Shown: positions 26,771 through 40,300 of the stretch, piece by piece
How the letters are laid out: the number at the start of each line of letters is the position of its first letter
How positions within the stretch are numbered: position 1 is the stretch's first letter
Source: Callorhinchus milii
Taxonomy: Eukaryota
DNA: 64,000 bases
Direction: 5' to 3'
Assembly (NCBI RefSeq): GCF_018977255.1
Contig: NW_024704742.1
Coordinates: forward strand, 54,686,001-54,750,000
Notes under the pieces: model-generated
Told to the model about the DNA's origin: nothing
The model's database searches: none
What the model saw: only the letters and a program-made list of their open reading frames with translations
Made by a program: the position numbers and the translations under genes

Positions 26771-29700
26771 CTGTATATGGAGGTTTGGTGGCCCATACAC
26801 CAGGAGAAACTATTTTTGAAAGTGCAATGGATCTTTAGCATCCATCTGAAGAATAGGCAGACAAAACCTCAGTTTAATGATTCATATAAAGGACGGTATA
26901 CACCTCTGACAATGCCAATGATCCCCGGAACTGCACTGGCTACTGTCACTGGATTTAGTGTGAAGCCAGAAATGCTCAGTTCACATTGAACACCACCAAT
27001 TACAACCACAATTAACTCCAGCATTTAAAATAACACTGGCATTGATTTGAGAAATACGTCATTGCCAACATCGCCAAGGAATACATCATTGCCAGTACAT
27101 AGGTACCTACCATCAATTTCCCCTCCCCCAATTTGGCGTCGTCCTCCACCACTGTCAGGTGCTCTGGGTGAGGCACGCTATATAAATGCAAGTTGTTGTT
27201 GTTGCCAAATTTTACTCTAATATTCTCCCAAGTGCAAGAAACACAACAATCATGTTGTTTCATTGAATATTTCTTCAGGTTGGTCTGCCTGTATCTCTCT
27301 TACTTTCAGCCCTGTTGCCAAACAGGTACATTTTCAGTTCCTTAATGAAGTACTCAAGTGATTCATTACTTTTGTAGTGTTAAATTAGTTCAATTGAGTT
27401 GTTCTTTATGCGTGAAGAATGGTTAAAGTTGTTTGATTTTCAAATTGATACCTCTATCTATGGCTTGCTGTGACTTTTCAAATATTGTACATTTCTCTCC
27501 TCTGATGGCCTAAGTGGATGAAGGCACCACAGATGGAAGGGGGCAGTTACCTCGAACACAAAGTTAACGTGTTTATTATCAATAGGTTGCTTTTTCAATC
27601 ATTGTGTTAATCAGCAGAATTGGTGTTAGCACATCAAAAACAACTACAACAACTTTATATAGTGCCCCTCACGCAGGGCAGAGGCCCGGAGCGCTTGAAC
27701 ATCACAATATGCAGGGGGGGGGCAGAATTAGTTTCTTGTAACACTGCATATGTTTTCTCTGATGATGATCTACCCAAGAGGAGAAATCTTCTCAGCAGTA
27801 TAGATGTCAATTCACCTATCTTCTCTTTGAAACTATAGTGTGAAAGAGATGGATCCATTCCCTTATAATTTAGATTGTTTCAAATGACAACAAAGTTGCT
27901 TGAGACAGAATCCATATTAACTTTTAAGAAGAATTAAATGAACATCTTAGAAGGAGAAATCGAAAAGGGTTTGGGGGAAAGTCAGGAGAATAATAATCCT
28001 TGTATTTAATATGGCACCTTATCACACCTTCGAGATGTCTCAAAGTGCTTCACAGAATATACTGTAAAGTGAATTGACTGTATATTTTGCGGGTGAAATG
28101 AAGAATGGGACTAAATGGAGGGCTCTTTCAAATAATCAGTGCAAATTGCCTCCTTCTGAGCTGGTTCAAAAACAATGTACAATTTTTCAGCTTTAAAATC
28201 ATCTTTTATTTGTTGCAACACAGCAGTGAGGATAATTTTTTCATCAGTAAACTATCAAAAGGGAGCACTAGAGAGATTTAGATGATGAAAGCACTTCAAC
28301 CTTTCAAGTCCTCAATACACTTTATTGTCTTCCCATTACACCGTCATACTATTTCTTAACTAACCTAGCAGTGATTCACATAAGGCTGTTGTAGTGTTGA
28401 AAATGGAAAGACTGGAATGGTTGAAGGAGGGTTTCTGACATACATTGGTTCCTCACAGGGTAATCGTTCTTTCTGACTGTCATTTCTGGTTACCTCTGAC
28501 AGGGCATTGCTTAAATGCATCTTTATTAAATTGGAATATTTATCCGGTGTTACGTTCTTGAGAAAGCAATCATTTTACAAGCTGGTGCTCATGTGATATG
28601 TAGCAAATAAATATATTTAAATATCATGACATTTTTAAATACATCTGAATTTGTTCATAAATAACATTTTGTAGTAGTTCGCCACAGTCACTATACTTCA
28701 TGATAAATCTTGTGAAGCACTTCGAGACATTCTCCAGACATGAAAGGCGCTATATCAAAAGCAAGGATTATTATTAAATTAGAACATACAATTTTATCAT
28801 ACCTGTTAGAACACTCAAATTTAGACTGACTCATAACTATGAAGTCTAAACCATAATATTCACAACAGGATGACACAGATAGAGACTCCTACAGCAGTAA
28901 GTAGATGTGCATCACCCTATTCCAGGAACAACCCTATTCTAGTGCAATATATTCCCAAGTGCATCAAGGCAGAGTTCCTGCCAGTCAGGCATAATATACA
29001 TTAGGTACCAGCTAGAAGTATCTATCTGCAACTTATGAATGTCACTTTTTGGACATCAGTGTGCAGAATCCAGTGAGCAACCAGTGAAACCAGTTGATCT
29101 CAACATGATTAAACTGATATCAGTTAGAATACAGAGCAGGATTCACTGCAGAAGCAACTTGCCTCACTTATCAGAGTGCTTATGAATGCAATCTAAGCAT
29201 CCTCTCGTGCATCTACCCCTCACACATCCAATATATCTGCAGGAAATCATTCCAATCCCATTTATCTTGCTCAAGTAATTTATGCCTGAGAAGTAACATC
29301 CCAGCACATGGAGAATTATATTTGTTTTTGTGAGTTACTTTTAGATGATTGGTATTGATTGTTCACTCCGCAGCTTTTTCCTATATATTCTTCACTCTGT
29401 TCTACTCTTGACTATCATTTGGAATGAAAAAGTTGAGCAGTGTTACTCTCCGACATCTGAGAGCAGATTACGTTAGAATCAAGTGTTTCTGAAGAAGAGG
29501 CTAATGTCCTGTGCCAGCTGGATAGCTTGAAAAAGGCAGAAATGTAGTACAAGAAATGCTTTGTTTCAAAGCAGTTTAACTGGCTTGAAGGTTCAGTTTT
29601 CATTACAAAGCTGCAGCATTACCTCATTTCCATTTCTTATTATTCACAATCAATGCCCACTCGCTGATTACAGTGGAAATCTAACCCAGGGTCTGTCCTA

Positions 29701-30210
29701 CTGATTAAATTACTCCCAAAAGTCAGGAGAATTTTAAAGGGGAAACAGAAGTAAATCAACCAATTGACATCTTGGCTTGCCCTGAGGACAAACAACTAAC
29801 AAAAATCATCAATTGCGCTCCCCATGGACGAATCAAACAATTGGCATTTCTAATGGGTTTTAGACACATGTTTGATTGGTTATATCCCCACTCTTGATAT
29901 CCCGGTACCTCTTTTAAGCGGTGATGTACAAATATGTCAAGTGGAGGTTGGCAAAGAGGTGTGCAGAAGCTTTTGACTCATATCTATTATCCCTGAGCCT
30001 TACTGGGATCACTTATCTCAGTGTCCTGGGCAATAATCCGCCAAATAAAATTGTGGCTGTTTGTGGGATATGGCTGTGCACAGCTTGGCTGCACATTCAC
30101 CTACAAATACAGTCATTGCACTTCACAGGATAATCCTATGAGACATCTCAACAACGTGATAATGAGCTATATAAAATGTAAGGATTATTAACTATAATAA
30201 CAATAATATG

Positions 30211-30579
30211 ATAATCATTGGATTCGATATAGCACCTTATCTCGTCTTTGAGATGTTTCAAAGTGCTTCACAGAATATACTGTAAAGTGGTTGACTGGAT
30301 ATTTTGTGGGCAAAATGTGGCAGCCAAATACACACAGCAGTGTCCCACAAACAGTTGTGGATTGAGTGACCAAATTATTTTTTTCTAATTTTTTTAAGGG
30401 ATTATTACCCCTAGAAAAGTGATCCACCAATTGACTGACAACCATGGTCCTACTTACTGCTAGGTAAACAGAGGCATGTGGAGTAAGGAAATTTGCCCAA
30501 CATTTCGCCCTGCCTGGGAATTGAACCCAGGTCCTCTCGCTCATGAGGCAAGTGCTCTAACCACTAAGCTACGGGACTC
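30211..30579 (-). mobile_element. Young tRNA-SINE (family A), full length
   Basis: Head with A/B boxes, central domain, shared 3' body and tail. Confidence 0.92.
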
Positions 30580-32344
30580 CACAAAACTATTCAATTTCCT
30601 AATTTGTTTACTCCAGCAAAAGGTGTTATATATCCTCTACCTATTGCTTGTTAACTGATACACAAATTGTTTATTATAGCTCTCCTGTAGACATTATAGA
30701 AGCCTTGTTATTACAATTAATGATTGTGGTATTTAACGTGCACTTCACATAGCGGTTACATTATTCCAAGGTGTTGACAGTGAAATGATGCAGGAAAATA
30801 CAACTACTTTTGTTGCTTTGCACAATTAGTTTACTGCAGAATTTTTTTTCACTTGGACTCTAAATATGACATTTTAAAAAAGCAATGTTATGCATCATGA
30901 AGTTTCGTGTTGTTTGTGGTTTTGAATCAGAATTATACAGAGTTGTAGTCATATCTAACTTAATCTTTGAAATACTTGAAATACTTAGTGTCCTTTACAC
31001 TTTTTGAACTATGTGTATTTCCCAAATCTCTTTCATAGAAAACACAAATAAAAGATTATTGCCTGAAAAGGCATTTTAGATTTAAAGCGAATAAGAGTTC
31101 GGATCTAGGAAGCTAAGGACCGTGTGTCATTTGTCGTCTACCCAGGTTCCCGACATCCTGGCTGATAATATATTTACAAGGTGCCATATGGTCAAATAAA
31201 TTGTGATTAATTATAAAATATTCTTTCATCAGGAGGAAATATTTATGAACAATCAGAGGGCCTCCAACAATTACATTCTTCTCCCACTAAAACACTTTTA
31301 CCTAGACTGAGGTACCGTATTTCAGCCATGCAGTACAGTGGTAAACCAAATTCCAATGCAAGAATGAGTTGAGTCACTGAATTGGGCTAATTCACCGAAT
31401 GTCTGAATCTGGCCCAATTTGGAAACTTCCATCTCCGGGTGACCTGAACCTGTATTTTGCAGGAAATAGCAAGAGCCACGCAAGGGAGAACAACATCCCT
31501 CTGTAAATGCATCTCGGCATTTGTTAATCAGGGCATTGATAGATTTCTCTCATAGTTTGTGTTTCGACAAAAATCATGCTTTACAAAAATGAAATTGTAC
31601 CTGCCATCTTCAAGGTTGGGGGGGGGGGGGGGTGGGAGAGAGAGGGTGGGATGCCCAGTTCTTGGTGGTATAATGAGAGATATTAGATTCTTGGCAGCAT
31701 TGCCAACCTTTTTTTTAATTAACATAACGATTTTTTTTTAAAAAACTCTATTCCCTTGCAGTCTAGTAATTAAGATGCGGGAGCATTGTGGCCTCAAGGT
31801 AATGATATATCAATCCTTAACAGTTTAGTGCAGAGGAGGTTTTGTGGCCTTATGATAGCCACGTGCCTGCAATCCCCAGTAATCTAATGGAGAAAGATGT
31901 ATAGCTCTTTCTGGAAGAGCATGGTAGATGCTACAACTCTTTTAAGACATGGCACTTGCACTCTTCAGATTTTAGATTTCACATTTAATAATAATAATCT
32001 TTGAATTTGATATATCGCCTTATCACATTGTTGAGACATCTCATAGCATTTCACACTGTAAGGTGGATTGAATTTGCATTTTGTGGGCAAACACAGCAGT
32101 CAATTTGAACACAGCAATGTCCCACAAACAGACATTTCCTTAGAAAAGAATATTTTATTTGCTCCCTCCAAACTGCTCTAATCCATAACGTTTAATATTA
32201 TTTTTCCTTGAGTTATTATCCTATTCCCATTTAAACTTGATATGAACTCAACTTCAACAGAACTTTTGTCATAAGGCATTTTATATTCTAACAAATATAC
32301 GCAAAAAAGAATATTTCAACCCCCTTTTTGTTCTTGTTACTGAC

Positions 32345-33494
32345 TCAAGGCTATTGCACAAGGTTAAGGCCCACGGGATTAATGGGAACATATTAGCATG
32401 GATTGAAGAGTGGCTAACGGGTAGAAAACAGAGAATAGGGATAAACGGGTCATTCTCAAATTGGCAAGATGTGACTACTGGAGTGCCACAAGGATCATTG
32501 CTTGTGCCTCAGCTATTTACAATTTACATCAATGATCTAGACAAGGACATTGAATGTAATGTATCTAAATTCGTGGATGACACTAAACTAGGTGGGAGAG
32601 TAAGCTCTGAGGATGATGCAAAAAGATTGCAACGGGATATAGATAGGCTAGGGGAGTGGGCGAGTAGGTAGCAGATGGAATTTAATGTGGAGAAGTGTGA
32701 AGTTATTCACCTAGGTAGCAAAAATAGAAAAACAGATTATTTTCTAGAGGGGGAGATATTTGATAGTGTTAGTGTTCAGAGAGATTTGGGTGTCCTTGTA
32801 CATCAGTCTCAAAGAGTTAGTTTGCAGGTGCAGCAAGCAACTAAGAAGGCGAACGTTCATTGCAAAAGGTTTAGAGTACAAAAGTAGGGAAGTCTTGCTA
32901 CAACTGTATAGGGCATTGGTGAGACCGCACCTAGAGTATTGTATGCAGTTTTGGTCTCCTTATTTAAAAAAGAACATACTTGCCCCAGAGGGGGTGCAGC
33001 GTAGATTCACTCGGTTAGTTCCTGGGATGAGGGGACTGACCTATGAGGATAGGCTGAATAAACTAGGGCTATATTCTCTAGAGTACAGAAGAATTAGGGG
33101 AGATCTTATTGAAACATATAAGATTCTTAAAGGGCTGGATAAAGTAGACACTGAGGGACTGTTTCCCCTGGTAGGAGAATCTATAACCAGGGGTCACAGT
33201 CTTAAAATTAAGGGTCAGCCTTTTAGAACAGAGTTGAGGAAACATTTCTTCACTCAGAGGGTAGTGAATTTATGGAATTCACTACCCCCAGAAGGCTGTA
33301 GATGCTCAGCCCTTGAACATCTTCAAGGCTAAGACTGATAGATTTGTTAAAAAATAGAGGGATTAGGGGATATGGGGATAGGGCAGGTAATTAGAGTTAG
33401 GTCAGAAGATCAGCCATGATCTTATCGAATGGCGGGGCAGGCTCGAGGGGCCGAATGGCCTACTCCTGCTCCTAATTCTTATGTTCTTATGTTC
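32345..33494 (+). mobile_element. CR1 LINE, 5'-truncated, relatively young
   Basis: WIEEWLTGRKQRIGING, GVPQGS, FVDDTKLGG, LYRALVRPHLEYCMQFWSP, TRGHSLK, FFTQRVVNLWNSLP; few disablements; (TTCTTATG)n tail. Confidence 0.95.
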
Positions 33495-34280
33495 AATGGA
33501 AGTCATTTTCCTTCCATTCATTCTATTAAAGCCATTCATAATGTTATAAACCTCTATTATATACCCACTTATCCTTTCTGCTACAGTATCAAAAATAATC
33601 TCAATATATAAATACACATCACATCCCTGGTAAACTTCTCACACTGCTTCACTGATTTTTCCTGCCTGTGATTCCAGAACTGCTTTCTAGAGTTGAGTGT
33701 ATTTCATTCAACTTATCCCACCTTTACTATTTAATACTCCCATGTCAGGAAGGTCATACGTCTTTTGACTCTTTTAATCTTATGGTTATGGAATACTAAT
33801 CCTACTTTTTCCTCTCACGCATCAAGCTATTTCTAAGGGACACAGGATTGTGATAACAAAGTTTAGTTCAGAAATTAGGAAGTTTTTTTTAAAAAAAGTT
33901 TAATCAGCACTTAGTTACCAGGAAGGGTAGTTCAGGCCATAATGCTGGACTTGTTTCCTTGACATCTGAAGATATTGTTCTGTTTCACCTTCTCTGTCCC
34001 ATTACCATCTTATAGACGTCTACAAGTTCCTCTCTGGGATATCTCTTTTCAAGATTGAAGAACCTCCACTTTTCTAGTTATTCCTGAATTCTCATCCCTT
34101 TAACACTAAGATCACATTGGTACTCTCCATTTCATCGCCTTTGGGGATTGAACAGCCCCTTATGCCATTGCAATGGGAACTGCATGCATGACTCCAGATC
34201 CAGCCTAACTGGAGACCACTGTATAGCTTGTGGTTATGACATTCCTGATGTAACAAGTCAAGAAAAGATTGTATCCTATT

Positions 34281-34523
34281 ATAATAATAACAATAATAAC
34301 AATAGCACTTTATCACGTCTTCGAGACATAACCACATTTTTTATTTTTTATTTTTTCAAAGAATTATTATCCTCGAAAAGCGATCCGCCAGTCGACTAAC
34401 AACCGGGTTCCTACTTAATGCTAGGTAAACAGAGGTGTGTGGAGTAAGAAAACTGCCTGGGAATCGAACCCAGGTCCTCTTGATTCTGAAGCAAGTACTC
34501 TAACCAATATCCCAAAGGACTCC
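34281..34523 (-). mobile_element. Family A SINE with an internal deletion
   Basis: Head, central domain and tail present; most of the 3' body is missing. Confidence 0.8.
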
Positions 34524-36161
34524 ATCGTAAACACTTCTATTTTAATTTTTCAGGTTTTCAGGTTAATGGACCGTCCTGTGCAGTGTAGTTGCTAATTGCA
34601 ATCCCAAACACAAGGTAGAAATAACTGTTGTCAATGGATTGAAAACATTGCACGCTAAACTATCTATTTTTTACCCACTCAAATATTTTAACAATAATAA
34701 CCAGCATTGAACTGGACCCTGAGTTCCATTATTCCGTTGTTAATCATAGAAAATGAAGAGTTTCTCTTGTGTTGGATTACAAAACAACACGTTATTTTAG
34801 CCTTGTCTTCAGCAATGTGCGTATTAACCCATTAAACACCAGAGTATCCTTTGTCCACCAAGAATAACATGTATGGTGTCGATAATGATTTGTTTAGTAT
34901 GCTGAATGAAAGATCATTATATTGATTTGCACTGTAAACGAATGCACCTCTGCACATTCTCTAATTATAAAGTTCAGGATTGCAGATTCACGAGCAATTG
35001 TCCATTGAATGTTCTGTCAGAGAAGGTACAGTATGTATGTTGTTGCAAAAGCATCAAAGGAAATGTACTGTTCAAAGGGTTAAAGTGCAGCTGAATCCCT
35101 TCCACTTCTTGTGGTGGTGTTAATACTGATGAGTTAATAATTGACTGGCAGATTTACCTTCTGAAGTGCAAGACAGACAACAAAGCTCAGATTTTGTTTT
35201 CCTTGAGGTTGTGTGTGAAAGCCACCAGCTGGCAAACACAAAAGAGCCAGACATGAGAGACTGATGGAATTCTGAAGTGAACACCTTGTTTAACACCTGC
35301 AATACTTTAGTAGCCTACAAAGAAAGACAGTATGATCAGTCGTTGGCACACCTGCCTGCAACTGGACTGCTTAAAAACTCTTCATCTGATTCAGTTTCTA
35401 TCAAATAAAAGATGCCACCACCAAGGTGATGAAAGTAAGAGCATACCCATTAAGTGCACTAAAACAGTCAAAAAGATTTAGCCTGGATGATGAATTAAGT
35501 GTTTACTGCAAATTGTAGCAGACCATCTGCTTGTGGGAGAGAGAGAAAGATATTTTGTCGAGTAGATATGCATTACTCTATCACTTGTGGTCTATAGATA
35601 GAATTGTTCAAAAGATCACTAAGGAAGCACAAAGGGTATTGTTTTATTTTGAAGATCTTTCTTGAATAGTAGCCTGGAGCACACCGTGCCATGCAAAGAA
35701 AAAGTCTTGTATCAGTGGACTAATAGAACTGAAAACTTATAACTCTGATAAATGGTTGACTTGAGAATGGGCATAAAATATCTTTTAAAGATTAACAATC
35801 AATAGTGTATGTATCGATATCTACTGTATATCTAATGAAGAACACATGGGAAATATCCAGTGTTGGTTGGTTATTGGTCCTATTTAGATGGAAATCAGAA
35901 AGTTATTATGGCCAAATTGAGAACCCAGGATAAGTCATGATCAGGGATACAGATGCCTTGCCATCTGTGCTATTACTGGCACTGGCAAACTCTTCAGAAT
36001 CTCCACTGCAAATAATTGGGCAATTGCACACAATCACAAGAGAGGTTTGGACGAAGGATCTCATCCTTCCAGAATAACCATCCTACTATACTTGCATCAC
36101 AGTATCAAAATGTTTTTTTAAATGAGTCCATCAACTGGCCTCAACCATCCTTCCTGATAAC

Positions 36162-37382
36162 CTGGGCCAGGGCCAATAGAAATATGTGGGCCCACATTTT
36201 CCACTACAACGGCCCTCGGGTACTAACCTTTACACACAGTGTGCTAGGCCCCAGGCCTCTCGTGCTCTTTGCTCAAGTGCGCTACTATGGATGGAGCGGT
36301 TACAATTACAAATTTTGGGATAGCAGAATTGGCGTGTGCGGGAAATCGACTTCGCTGGTGAGTAAACCTTGATAGCAAAAACAGCTGCGTCACACACTAC
36401 TGTACTACAACACAATCAAAGCGAGTGCTCTAACCACTGAGCTACAGGACTCCATATACTTGAAGGAGCTTATTTCTGAGCATGAAGCTTTTTTGTACTT
36501 GTTCCTGGATGAGACCACTGATTCCAGTGGGCGCAGTGTACTGCCAGTGCTGGCATAGCCACTGCAGAAAGTTGGGGAGAAGTCTCTTCTTATTGGAATA
36601 GAATTCTTGCAGCGAGTCAACCACACTACTGTGTCGCAAGCTCTTCTAAGAGTCCTAAGTGTAAAAATAGTTAACTTTGATAAAGTGCTTGCAGTTGCCA
36701 CAGACAGTGCAAGCTACATGATCAAAGCATTTGACACAATTCTGTCGGGATTGCTTCCTAACGCAATACATTGTTATAAGCATTGCCCATCCTCTGAACT
36801 TGAATTTGGAAATTTTGCTTGTTATACCTGAGAACTTTAAACACAGTGGTTGCTATGATCAAGAAAGTCTTTTGCCAAAGTCCAATGTGCCGACATCAGT
36901 ACTTGGAAGTTATAGAGAAGAATGATGGAATTAAACCACAAATGCCAGTCATCACTGTTCAGATGCCTAACAGAAGAAAATATAAAGATTCTTCTCATGT
37001 TAAAATTTAACCAACACTAAACTTTTGGCTGAGAATTGTTTGTTTGTTTCTGTGAAAATTTGATTTTAAAAATTTTAATTTCTCTGCAAACTGTGTACTT
37101 TTGCATCTTTTGAAAGGTGTTATGTGCTTTTTTTTAAAGAAAACATTAATAAATTATTTATTTTCAATAATCTATGATGTGTTATTTCTTCATGTTTTAG
37201 TTTTTAAAAATGAGCAAAGAGAAAACAATGTAGGTTAGCAGCAAAATGCGTCACTCAATAGCACCAACCAAACTCTGCAATTCCCCAACAAAATTCAGCA
37301 AAACCCTCCACAATTTCCCAAAAGATTTGTAAAGCGCTCGGCATTATTTTGCAAATATTTCCGCACTGCTCTATTGGCTCAG
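36162..37382 (+). mobile_element. Internally deleted hAT-superfamily DNA transposon with a decayed transposase
   Basis: 8-bp TSD ctgataac (36154-36161) / ccgataac (37383-37390). TIRs CTGGGCCA[gggcca]ATAGA and reverse-complement CTGAGCCAATAGA. Transposase motifs at ~36455-36965. Confidence 0.85.
36455..36965 (+). pseudogene. hAT transposase catalytic-domain remnant (resembles CGGBP1-related hAT transposases)
   Basis: Manual translation LYLFLDETTDSSGRSVL...*...VNHTTVSQALL...VATDSASYMIKAF...LLPNAIH, frameshift to ISIAHPLNL (degenerate CxxH), frameshift to VAMIKKVFCQSP. One in-frame stop and at least two frameshifts. Confidence 0.82.
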
Positions 37383-40300
37383 CCGATAACTACCTCTTGG
37401 CAAATAAATGCTTCCTACTGTGTGTCCTTAAATTGCTCTTTTCGACCATAAAACGGCATCCCCTTGTTCTACTGTTAATCCCATTTAAAATTTTGTATAC
37501 CTTTATAAAGTCCCTCTGAGATATCTATTTTAACGTCTGAAGACCCCTAGTTTGTCTAATCATTGCTTATAGCTCATTCTGCTAACAATGGGGAACATCA
37601 TCGTTGTTCTCTACACTGCCTCCAGGGTCTGGGCAGCCTCTTTATGTTGTGTGGTCCATACTTGGTGTGTCTGACTCCTACACTCACCAACTTGTAAAAA
37701 GTGGTGTCAATGAGTTAAGCCGGTGGCTTCAGAGAGATTCAGGAATCCATCATGTTGGTTTTGCAAAGCGGACAAGACAGGCAAATAAGAAACCTGAATT
37801 AAACTAGTCACATCTATGATTCCTCTGGTGAGGCCACCAACAATAATAAAATAATGAGTGAAATTATGGGTTTACTTCTTCTCATGCTTTAACTTCATTA
37901 AATCAATCTATGCTTTGTTATTGGATGCAAAAAAATGATGTTTTAACTTAATGATGGTAATGATAAAATGAAAAACTGTGAACACTGGAAATCTTAAATA
38001 ATAAGAGAAAATGATTGATCTGCAGCTGAAAGAGAGACAGGTTAATGAGTGTGACCCTTCCTCAGCATTCATGGTAACGGTGATAGACCCTGTGCATTAT
38101 TGATAGTGATGAGAGTGAGGGGTACTTAGAAGCTTATGAGGGGAAGCAATTGTACATTTGAAGCCTTACATTTTAGATTTATTTTATATGTAGAAGATAG
38201 GTTAACAGTGAGAATTTACAAACCAATATCAAACTGTATTTTTCTTGTTTAAACTTTCAGACATCTTGTCCTGCCATCAATATCGGTCTCATTAAGCATA
38301 AACAATATAATTCTACTGTGGGATTTTATTTCTCTTATCTTTATTTTCAATAAAGAATGTGTGACTTCAGTAATTTAGCAGAATTACATCAAAGAAACCA
38401 ACCTTGTTAATACATTCAGGGGACATTGCAAGTCCTCCAAGAAATGTTGGGAGCCTGGGAGCTCCGATCTCATCCATTATAGATCACAAGGCTCCCAGTC
38501 ATATGTATGAATCATTTTGAGATATCCTCTTGATGTAAAATGCACTATATAAATGTAAATTGTTGTTGTTGAATCTGTGGTCTCTAAGTGGCTTCTTTTT
38601 CTAGCTCTCCTAAATGTCAATGAGTAACTTCCTAACCTCTTACCAAGTGCACTGAGTGGTAGTCACTGCACTGAGCAGGGGAGCAATCTCCTTTTATGGC
38701 TTTTTCCTGTCCACAGAATCTAGGAATGAGATCTTAGGAAGCACTTTGCGTTGGTACTTTTAGTGAAAGGCACTAAATGCAAGTTATTGTTGATGACAGC
38801 TCTCCTTCCAATCATATCTTGAGCAATTCATAAAACTCTGACACCAAAGAATCCAAACCTCCTGACTAGGGTGGATATTATTTTCATCGGTTTATGAACT
38901 TATTCCTCAACTTTGTTTCTCAAACCTGGATAAATGTACATAATGATCAGTTATAAGCATGCCTAGATCCCACAGAGCAAGGGATTATCCATACCACTGA
39001 TTGATTTCTTCTTTATGCTTCTACTGGCATTTGACATCCACCAAATGGCCATTATTTATGTGTCAGCCTTGAAAGTGAGCGAGGTGAGCATGATACAGGT
39101 ATCACACACAGCTTCCATCACTGCAAGTGTTCACATCATCCTATCAGGGAGTCCTGATAATCATATCTGCTATTCCTTTAAAACTTGTGTCTTTCCACAG
39201 TTAAAGGCACCATCTTCACTCAGTAGCACTAAGCTATAATATTCCTTCCAAATGCAATGGTTGAATAGCTTAATCAAGGAAGATAAAGCCCAGAGTCGTA
39301 ATGGTAGGATGATCCTAGCTGGACAAGCATGCTTGTTCACAATAGCAAGCATCATGGTTTTAGCTGCTTAAACTCCAGCAGTATTCTAACACCCACTTTG
39401 GGGTCCCCAAGTCTTGCCAACCTGTGTCCAATACCTCTGTGATGTGGTGAGAAGGGTACAACTCTCCAAAGAGAGCATACGCAATCCATTCTAGGCAAAC
39501 ACAAATTGCCATGAATATATGGAACTCTCTGCAGTTTGAGTTGGATACTCTTAAGCATGGTGCTGGATTTCCACTTGTACCAGACTCCTAGCTAACACCA
39601 CAAAAAATAACCTGTCAGCAATTATTGTCTTCTTGGAAGAGATACCTGATGCTGGCTGGTGTTTACTGAACCATATCCAACATTCTTGCCTTCAGAACAG
39701 CACAACAAAATACGAAATTGTGGTGTTCCTCAAAATATTGTTTTATTTTAAAACCCATTTTAACAACAGTTTAAAATTCTGATCTAAAGCATCACACGTG
39801 CCAATTGATAGTGTATATCTTTAGATACCTGACTAGGAACTGTGTGATACAGTATTGCCTAGGGATATTACAATTGCCAAAAAGAATAAGATAAAAATGA
39901 GTAATTCTTACTTTAAATGTAGATCTGCCAAGAAGTTATCGTGCATGTCTAATTCGGGTCCTTTCCAATGGGATTGGAATTTATAAACACTTTAAATAGC
40001 CAAATAACATCATAAGCTGTGCATGATGAAAAACCTAGAGAAGTACACCTGAAGTGTGTTCGCTTTTATCACAACGATTGTTTGTAAACTCTGCAGCAGC
40101 AGAATTGGAAGAACTGACAGACTTTAAAGGACAAAAAAAAAGAGATGAGGGTCAATGAATTCTCCATGGATGAGTTATCTTCCCCTATCTGAGGCCCAAT
40201 TCAGATGACAACTCCCAGGAGTACCTGTTCTCCATATCACATCTGGTTCTGCCAAATTAGAACAAAAACATTTCCTCGGTCCCTGGCAAGAATTAATGGG

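Noticed and set aside
31691..31706. TTGGCAGCATTGCCAA as an NFI site
   Set aside because: The spacer is 6 nt rather than the 5 nt required by TTGGC-N5-GCCAA.
32354..33332. Long ORFs with reverse-transcriptase motifs
   Set aside because: 5'-truncated CR1 with stops and frameshifts; not a host gene or an intact element.
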